Assembly (NCBI GenBank): GCA_951406725.2
Contig: OX597832.1
Coordinates: 55,366,001 to 55,430,000, forward strand
DNA: 64,000 nt
Direction of reading: 5' to 3'
Origin: Octopus vulgaris
Lineage: Eukaryota
Shown: in pieces, positions 55,852 to 64,000 of the stretch
How the letters are laid out: every line of letters starts with the position of its first letter
Numbering within the stretch: the first letter of the stretch is position 1
Notes under the pieces: generated by a model
What the model saw: only the letters and a program-made list of their open reading frames with translations
What the model was told of the DNA's origin: nothing
The model's database searches: none
Made by a program: the position numbers and the translations under genes

Positions 55852-56809
55852 GTGTGTGTGTATGTATTTGTAGGTGTGTATGTGTGTGTTTTGTATGCAT
55901 TATAAATAGTTTTGTGTGTACGCCTAATCATATGTCCTTGTGCGTGTTTGCGGTGAGCGTGTGTGTGTGTGTGTGTGTATGTGTATGGCTGTGTGTGTAT
56001 GTGTGTGAATGGACTTGTGTGTGCGTGTGCGTATGTGTGCGTTCGTACAAAGCAACCTTCTCATTCTTTCCTCCTATTTTCCTGTCGGTGTGGCTACACC
56101 AAAACACACACATCCATACACACACGCACACACATCTATACACACACGCACACAAATACACATGCAAACACACACACACGCACACGTACACACACAGAGT
56201 GATACATACATAGATACATATATACATACATACACGCCGAAGAAAATACGTGACAGTTTTGAATTTACATAATTGCATATAGTAATTACATATAAGTACA
56301 GTGTGTATGTGTGCGTGTTAAAGTTTATAAGTGTGTGCGTGTGTGAGTATGTGCGAGTATGTGTAAGTGTGTAACTGTGTACGCGCGTGTGTGTGTGGGG
56401 GGTATGTATAAGTTCGTGTCTATGTGTGTGAGCGTGTGTGTCTGTGCCTGTGTGAGTGTCTGTATGTGCCTGTGTGTGTGTAAAAGTCTTTCCGTTTTAA
56501 AGCCTTCCGCTCGCCCCTTCATGAGCTAAAAACATGGATCCGTCGTCGCCCACCCATTTTTATACACGCGTGATAAATATGCAAGCAGCGCGCGCTCGCA
56601 CACACGCACACACACACACACACACACGTACACACTCACACACACATAAACACATACATACGCACACGCATACGCATATTATTTATACAACATATGCTGA
56701 GTCACACACATAATATTTCTCTCTAAAATTAAATATATAATATATATAGATATAGACATACATATATATACATATATATAGACACACACATCTATATATA
56801 TACACATAC

Positions 56810-56863
56810 ATGTATATATATATAGAAAGAGAACTGTATACATATATATATATATACACACAC

Positions 56864-56898
<35 letters not shown>

Positions 56899-56925
56899 AC
56901 TGTATAAATGTATATATATATACAC

Positions 56926-56973
<48 letters not shown>

Positions 56974-57009
56974 ACTGTATAAATGTATATATATGTATAC
57001 ACACACATG

Positions 57010-57043
<34 letters not shown>

Positions 57044-57079
57044 ACTGTATAAATGTATATATATGTATACACACACATG

Positions 57080-57116
<37 letters not shown>

Positions 57117-57151
57117 CTGTATAAATTTATATATATGTATACACACACATG

Positions 57152-57185
<34 letters not shown>

Positions 57186-57194
57186 ACTGTATAA

Positions 57195-57240
<46 letters not shown>

Positions 57241-57290
57241 GTATATATATAAGGAGAGAGAACTGTATAAATGTATATATATATATATAC
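56810..57290. repeat. Higher-order minisatellite of ~55-60 bp built from GA, TA and CA runs
   Basis: The anchor gagaactgtata recurs about 7 times. Confidence 0.9.
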
Positions 57291-58107
57291 AGCTCTCTAC
57301 ATACATACATACATACATACATACATACATACATACATACATACATACATACATACATACATACATACATACATACATACACACATATATATATATACAT
57401 TTGGCACTGATATATGCATACGATACATCCATGCGAGAAATTTACAAATGCGCATTATGCGTATATTATGACCGCGAAAGCTTTCAGTGGATGTGTGTGT
57501 GTGCGTGTGTGCATGTGTGTGTATGTACCTCTGTGTGTTTATGTGTCTCTGTGTGTCTGCGTGTGTGTACGAATGTGAGTGCGTGCGTGCTTGTTTCATT
57601 TACGAGTCCACACCCAGACCTACTTCTCAATCCGATAACACGAGGCACGCACACACACACACACAAGCACACACACAAGCACACACAGATACACAGACAA
57701 ACACAGACACAGACACAGACACAGACACACACACACACACATACACACACACATATGCATACGCACACCTGACATATAAAACCTTTACCTAAAACTTGAA
57801 GTATTTTTCGTTTTCTGTTCGTTTCTTTTTCATTCATCTCAATTCGGAAAAGCCCAAAGTCGAACGACGCAGACAGGGCGACGGTGGAGGCGGTGACGGT
57901 GGCGGTGGTGGGCACGATGGCTGTGGCGGTGGTGGTGGTGGTGGTGGGGTTAGCAACGACTGTAGTCTTGGTAGTGGTGGTGGTGGTGGTGGTGACGTTG
58001 ATCTTGGTTGGGATCAATGACCACCACCACTACCACCTCGACCACCACGTTGTGTAAGTAAAAGTGTTGGCAGAGAGAGAGCGTGGTGGTGGTGTCTGTT
58101 GTGGCTG

Positions 58108-58295
58108 AAGTAGTAGTAGTAGTATTTGTAGTAGTAGTAGTAGTATTTGTAGTAGTAATAGTAGTATTTGTAGTAGTAGTAGTAGTAGTAGTAGTATTTG
58201 TTGTAGTAGTAGTAGTAGTAGTATTTGTAGTAGTAGTAGTAGTAGTATTTGTTGTAGTAGTAGTAGTAGTATTTGTAGTAGTAATAGTAGTATTT

Positions 58296-58326
<31 letters not shown>

Positions 58327-58508
58327 AAGTAGTATTTGTAGTAGTAGTAGTAGTAGTAGTAGTATTTGTAGTAGTATTTGTTGTAGTAGTAGTAGTAGTA
58401 GTATTTGTAGTAGTAGTAGTAGTAGTAGTATTTGTAGTAGTAGTAGTATTTGCAGTAGTGGTATTTGTAGTAGTAGTAGTAGTAGTAGTGGTAGTAGTAG
58501 TGGTGGTA
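58108..58508. repeat. (GTA)n interrupted periodically by TTT
   Basis: Seen directly. Confidence 0.95.
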
Positions 58509-58959
58509 GGGTAGTGACTGTGCCGTAATAGTAGAAGCAGCGGTATTGATGTTACTAGGGGGCAGTTGTAACAGCTGTTGTGAATTACTGCATATAATAG
58601 TGCTAACACGGGCTTTTTTGGTGGTGGTGGTGGTGGTGGTGGTGGTGGTGGTAGTGGTGGTGGTGGTGGTGGTTGTGGTGGTGGCAATGAAGTTTAATGT
58701 AAGTGGCGATTTTGCTGAGCTGTCGTGGTGACGGTTGGTGTAGGGGCGGCGGTGGTGGTGGGCACGGTGGGCACGGCAAATTGTGTCGCATAAAGTGGAT
58801 TTTCATTGATTAGTTGAATCGTAAAGATTCGGCCCAAAGCTTAAAAAGAAAACAACAACAACAGCAATAATATGAATCACCTATAAAGAAAATAACGGCG
58901 AACGAGAAGTGACATTCGTTGGTGATGGTCATGTATCAATGGTAAGTCGAAGCCTCCTC

Positions 58960-59285
58960 TGTACAGGTGTTGATCACAGAAGCCCTATTGAGGACAGGGC
59001 GATGGAAGCATCCGTCACCTCTGATTCGTCTTTCAGAGATAACTTTCCCTCAGTGTAGTTTGAAATAAAACAGTCTCCACTTCCCGTTTCTAATGTCATT
59101 CCTGTTCCGACCCACACGGAAGTTTGGCCCGACCCAGACACCAACTGCCTTAAATGGAACGAAGGTCTAGTTCCCACGATGCCGGCACACGTGGGTTTGC
59201 CAGTCCATGTGCTAAATAAACGACAAGCTCACTCACGGGTTCTGAATAATGATACGAACCCTGTTTTTTTTTTATCACCTGCCTG
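58960..59285 (-). pseudogene. Highly decayed non-LTR (LINE) reverse transcriptase fragment
   Basis: Minus frame PVSELVVYLAHGLANPRVPASWE...PQ*GF resembles LINE RT L..LFN..L..G.VP.SWK ... Q.GF; contains multiple stops. Confidence 0.4.
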
Positions 59286-59870
59286 GGATCTTTACCTTTT
59301 GACATACAGATTAAAAAAAAAAATTTTTTTGTAACTAAATACTTTCAAATTTCGGACACTGATAGAATGTGTCATATAAAACGTCTTTTACTCTTAGCAT
59401 TTTTGAGAAAAACTTATATTTACGAAGTAATTTCACGTTAAATTAGGCCTATTTCGGTAATTTCAACCAATCAATGACGTGTATTCAGCTGAATAAAATT
59501 ACTGCCGCTGTTTGTCAGCAATAACTATCGGCGGTGTATTTTTCGTTTGTCACTGTTATGACATTCGTAGCAGACGTTCTCTTGATATCGTTCACACGTG
59601 CCTTACTCGGCACAATGCTAAGAGTAAAACATGTTTTATATGACACATTCTACCAGTGTCCGAAGTTTGAAAGTGTTTAGTTACAAAAAATTATTTTTTA
59701 AATCTGTAGGTCAAAAGGTAAAGATAGTTATTGCTGACAAACAGCGGCAGTAATTTTATTCAGCTGAATACACGTCATTGATTAGTTGAAATTACTAAAA
59801 TAGGCTAAATTTAACGTGAAATTACTTCGTAAATATAAGTTTAAATCTGTACGTCAAAAGGTAAAGATAC
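59286..59870. mobile_element. Rearranged multi-fragment MITE (CCCTAA family) with templated filler
   Basis: + fragment 59286-59560, filler 59562-59618, - fragments ~59614-59725, ~59727-59842 and ~59841-59870; three gatctttaccttttgac-type termini. Confidence 0.75.
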
Positions 59871-60527
59871 CAGATAGGTGATAAAAAAATAAAAAAATAG
59901 GGTTCGTATCATTATCCAGAACCCGTCTGTTTTTGTTTTGTCGTTTGTTTTTAGCGTGTAACTGACTATTTGAATTCTATGGTGACCACCGAAGTGCCAT
60001 TCGTGGAAGCTGTTGTGGTTTTGGATCTTAGAATTAGTGAGAGGTCGCTGAGCATCTTGAGCTTTCCAAAGAATGTCTTCATAAATCAAAACTTACGGGA
60101 ACAACGACAAAAGGAAGATATTCTAGATGGGTTGAGTATGTCTCCGCCAGGCGATCACGGAGGAAATACTGTAGTACAACTGAAGAACCGTACGGTTGCG
60201 AAACCAGCGGCACCGGGGAAGATAGTTAAGAGCCGAGGATCAACTTTAGAGAAGGCTTTCGATTGATCTGAGCGGACAAGATTCCTACTGAAACTAAAGC
60301 TTTATCATACATTTGTGCCGTATTTGTGAAGGTTGTGGACAGAAAATGTTGTGGTGGGGGTAAGTGCGAAGGGATGTGTGTTTCTCACCAGAAATTTCAA
60401 TCTCAACGCACACCTTGACCAAAATCGTAAGCTTTGCGTTCAGAAGAATTATGAGCCGGGCATTGTGCCGAGTAAGGCACGGGTGAACGATATCAAGAGA
60501 ACGTCTGCTACGAATGATAATTTTTGA
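59871..60527 (+). pseudogene. Highly decayed LINE (CR1/L2/jockey-like) reverse transcriptase fragment
   Basis: Motifs in RT order: EVP / SWK (shifted frame) / AVVV, ERSLSILSFPKNVF (cf. YRPISLLS..KVF), NTVVQL, LEKAFD*...LLKLKLY, and V......G.......VNDI (cf. VPQGSVLGPLLF..YVNDL); contains in-frame stops. Confidence 0.55.
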
Positions 60528-60734
60528 CACAAGGTACCTCTAAGACGATCGTCAGACGTTAAACGAAAATAAATGAACTGCGACTAGCCTCAATAAAAGG
60601 GGTCCGAGTTATTGGCTGCAATTGCATACTTGAAGTCAGTGTTTTCAGAAATTAAATCAACTTGTAAATACATGTTCACTTTACTAAATTTATACTCAGG
60701 CTAAGCCCGAACAGCCCGAGTGCTGAAGTCGCCA

Positions 60735-60772
<38 letters not shown>

Positions 60773-61172
60773 GCTTCTTTCGGTTTCCCTTATCAAATCC
60801 ACTCACAAAGCTTTGTTCGGTCCGTGGTTAAAGTAGAAGATACTTGCCGAAGGTGCCACGCACTGGGACTGAACTCAGAACCATGTGGTTGGAGAGCAAG
60901 CGTCTTACTAAACAGCCACGCATGCATCCTATGAACCAGTGACGTAATTCATCTTGCGTGATTATTTCTGCAGTGAAAGGTCTTCTCTCGTCCGAATGTA
61001 CACGAACATGTTAAATATAATTGAATACTCTTATATATTATTCAACGCCGCTTCGTGCACCTCCAATTAATTAATTAATTCTAACTTAACTAAGCTTTAC
61101 GCATATCAGATAATGTACTATTTGCAGTTAGAACGATCGTTCTGACACGACTGTCAACAGCTGTTTCGATAT

Positions 61173-61219
61173 TCGTAGCTGATGAAATGTAACGACGCAG
61201 AAACGTAGGCGTCCTACGA
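61173..61219 (+). ncRNA. Type I hammerhead ribozyme motif
   Basis: tcgtag-CTGATGA-aatgtaacgacgca-GAA-acg(tagg)cgt-C-ctacga: 6-bp helix I, 3-bp helix III and a GUC triplet (cut after 61213); helix II is weak. Confidence 0.68.
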
Positions 61220-61364
61220 TTCGATGACGTAAATCATACTCGAATGATATGTTCTCACTCGTATGAGAGAAATTTTCTCTGAAGACAAAATCCGCAGCGA
61301 AAGGACTTTCCACGTCTGAATGCACACGAACATATCTAATATGGATTGTACACACATATACTCT

Positions 61365-61582
61365 TTTACTCTATACTTTTTTACTTGTTTCAGTCATTTG
61401 ACTGTGGCCATACTGGAGTACCGCGTTTAGTCGAGCAAATCGACCCCAGGACTTATTCTTTGTAAGCCTAGTACTTATTCTATCGGTATCTTTTGCCGAA
61501 CCGCTAAGTTACGGGGACGTAACACACCAGCATTGGTTGTCAAGCGATGTCGGGGGGATAAACACAGACGCACAAACGTATA

Positions 61583-61622
<40 letters not shown>

Positions 61623-61773
61623 ACACACACACATATTCATATATACGACGGGCTTCTTTCAGTTTCCGTCTACCAAATCCACTCTCAAGGCTTTGGTTGG
61701 CCCGAAGCTATAGTAGAAGACACTTGCCCAAGGTGCCACACAGTGGGACTGAACCCGGAACCATGTGGTTGGT
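61365..61773 (-). mobile_element. SINE family A (5' truncated)
   Basis: Reverse match to family A. Confidence 0.85.
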
Positions 61774-62617
61774 AATAGTATACAATTTTTCGCTTAGGTT
61801 ATTCTTACTTCTGTATATTGGTTTCAAATTTCGGCACAAGGCCAGCAATTTCAGGGGAGGGTGTAAGTCGATTACATCGACCCTAGTGCTCAACTGGTAC
61901 ATTTTTTATCGAGCCCACTCTCGGCGTGATTAAACTCAAAATTCTTACATGACTAAGCTACACTAAGCTGATGAGTTCCTATTTAGACGGAAACATGACC
62001 ATCGCTGCCATTTGGCCTTCAAAGATCATAATTCCCCTCAAGTAAGTAAATAAAATTTATGAGCTTAATTCTTAATTTCAGGAAATTATCTCCCCCCTTT
62101 TTAAGCGTCACTAGGAATTAGAGTTAGTTTTTGTTTTTGTTTTTGTATCTGCCCCAATTAAAAGTGAAATTCCAATTGAAAATTTCTTGCATAAATCATT
62201 CAAGACTTACCCCCACCCACTAACAATATATATTTCCCTACTTAATGTCACGCTGAGTGCTGATTAAAAAGGGTGTGTCTTATTTAAGAGGACGGAATTT
62301 ATAAAGCAGTCTTTATGTCACATCATTAATCATTGCTTTATAATAGTCATGTGATCTGGCACGTGACATACTTAAAGGACATTTTATTCCACGTAATCAG
62401 TATTACGTATGTGTGTGTAAGGCGGTGAGCTGGCCGAATCGTTAGCACGCCGGGCAAAAATGTTTAGCGGCATTTCATTTGCCTTTACGTTCTGAGTTCA
62501 AATTCCCTCCTTTCAGGGGTCGATAAAATAAGTACCAGTTGAGCACCGAGGCTGATATAATCGAATTAGATCCTCCCCCAAAATTGCTGGCCTTGTGCCA
62601 AAGTTTGAAGGCAATAT

Positions 62618-62648
<31 letters not shown>

Positions 62649-62667
62649 GTGTGCGTGCGTGTATATA

Positions 62668-62858
62668 TACTCTTTTACTCTTTACTCTTTTACTTGTTTC
62701 AGTCATTTGACTGCGGCCATGCTGGAGCACCGCCTTTAGTCGAGCAAATCGACCCCGGGACTTATTCTTTGTAAGCCAAGTACTTATTCTATACGGGAAC
62801 TTATTCTATACGGGAACGTAAACACACCAGCATCGGTTGTCAAGCAATGCTAGGGGGA

Positions 62859-62924
<66 letters not shown>

Positions 62925-63095
62925 CATATATACGACAGGCTTCTTTCGGTTTCCGTCTACCAAATCCACTCACAAGGCATTGGTTGGCCCGGGGCTATAG
63001 CAAAAGACACTTGCCCAAGATGCCACGCAGAGGGACTGAACCCGGAACCATGTGGTTGGTTAGCAAACTACTTACCACACAGCCACTCCTGCGCC
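62668..63095 (-). mobile_element. SINE family A
   Basis: Reverse match to family A, with an internal deletion and a short local duplication. Confidence 0.85.
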
Positions 63096-63113
63096 TATAT
63101 ATATATATATAAC

Positions 63114-63300
63114 GGGAAAGTTTACGAAAATAAACAAAAGACGAAGGCAGGTGGAGTACAAACAAACAAATGTATTAGTATAGCGCTCAGGAATAGAAAT
63201 AGAAAAAGTCTTTTACGTTTCGAGCCTACGCTCTTCGACAGAAAGATACACAGAAAAAAACAAGGAGAGAAAAAAATGCGTGTAGGAGCTAACGATCTAT
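63114..63300 (-). mobile_element. Penelope-LTR-like short repeat with variant hammerhead motif, embedded in (TA)n
   Basis: Minus strand 63246-63209 reads tcttt-CTGTCGA-a-gagc(gtag)gctc-GAA-acgt-A-aaaga. Confidence 0.62.
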
Positions 63301-63305
63301 CATAG

Positions 63306-63373
<68 letters not shown>

Positions 63374-63384
63374 TATATAGAAGG

Positions 63385-63435
63385 AGCTTCTACAGGACTA
63401 GTACTGTTTCATTCAAGAGAAATCTTCAGGAAGCT
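63385..63435 (-). ncRNA. Type I hammerhead ribozyme motif
   Basis: Minus strand reads agcttc-CTGAAGA-t-ttc(tctt)gaa-t-GAA-acag(tactagtc)ctgt-A-gaagct: 6-bp helix I, 4-bp helix III and a GUA triplet. Confidence 0.7.
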
Positions 63436-63823
63436 ATTTAACAAGAATTGTATTAGCATTTATACATTTAGGCAGGTTTAAAGGAGTGGTGGTGGGGGAC
63501 TTTTTGGGGGTAGGCATAGCGCAAAATATCATACTTGGGGGAGTGGTCAAGGAGTCAGTGGTAAGTTAGATGAAAGAATAGATAAATAAAAAAATAAAAA
63601 AATAAAAAATAAAAAATAAAAGAATAAAATAAAATAAAAAAATAAAAAAATAAAAAATATAAAAAATATATATAAAAAAATATATATATAAAATATATAT
63701 ATAAAAAAATATATATATAAAAAAAGGGGGGATAGAGTTATAGGTAAATAAGGAGATTCTCACTTATACCTATACACACATGTATACATATCTACACACA
63801 CATACATACATACACATATATAT

Positions 63824-63880
<57 letters not shown>

Positions 63881-64000
63881 CACACATACATACATATCTA
63901 CATACACACATACATACACCCGCCCACATATACAAATTTATACACATGCACATGCCTATACCTGTCTACACGTACACACACGTATATATGCATACATTCA

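Noticed and set aside
57950-58687. Mucin-like Thr-rich 245-aa ORF
   Set aside because: Derived from (GTA)n and (GGT)n repeats; no signal peptide, domain or splice support.
60222-60266. PIF1/Helitron helicase motif (KSRGSTLEKA)
   Set aside because: Flanking motifs fit the LINE RT DLEKAFD context better; no other helicase motifs seen.
59562-60516. Diversity-generating retroelement (TR/VR pair plus RT) or retron
   Set aside because: Only one mismatch between the repeats, the RT-like frame is LINE-type and broken, and junction microhomology explains the copy as repair filler.
61960-62005. Hammerhead at gctgatgagttcc...ggaaac
   Set aside because: The GAAA box overlaps helix II, and no convincing helix I/III or cleavage triplet is present.

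Overview
AT-rich eukaryotic DNA dense in microsatellites and SINEs; the repeat families suggest an octopus (coleoid cephalopod) genome, which is my inference. The only intact protein-coding signal is the 3' end of a BCOR/BCORL1-like gene on +: four phase-compatible exons (158-303, 3542-3619, 14997-15144, 17289-18228) encoding the last ankyrin repeat, a linker, a divergent PUFD-like region and a long S/T/N-rich tail, followed by ~7 kb free of SINEs that is probably 3' UTR. The rest is repeats: tRNA-derived SINEs, MITEs of several DNA-transposon superfamilies with readable TIRs and TSDs, non-autonomous Helitrons, a Penelope-like GIY-YIG fragment and decayed LINE RT fragments. The most interesting signal is a set of type I hammerhead-ribozyme-like motifs from several unrelated small repeat families. 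These include one in a ~285-nt retrozyme-like tandem and a 3-copy family with a variant core, two copies of which sit inside (TA)n tracts. A rearranged palindromic locus at ~59-60.5 kb carries a templated 57-bp insertion. Most ORFs in the supplied track are microsatellite or SINE artefacts. All alignments and folds were done by eye; no searches were run.
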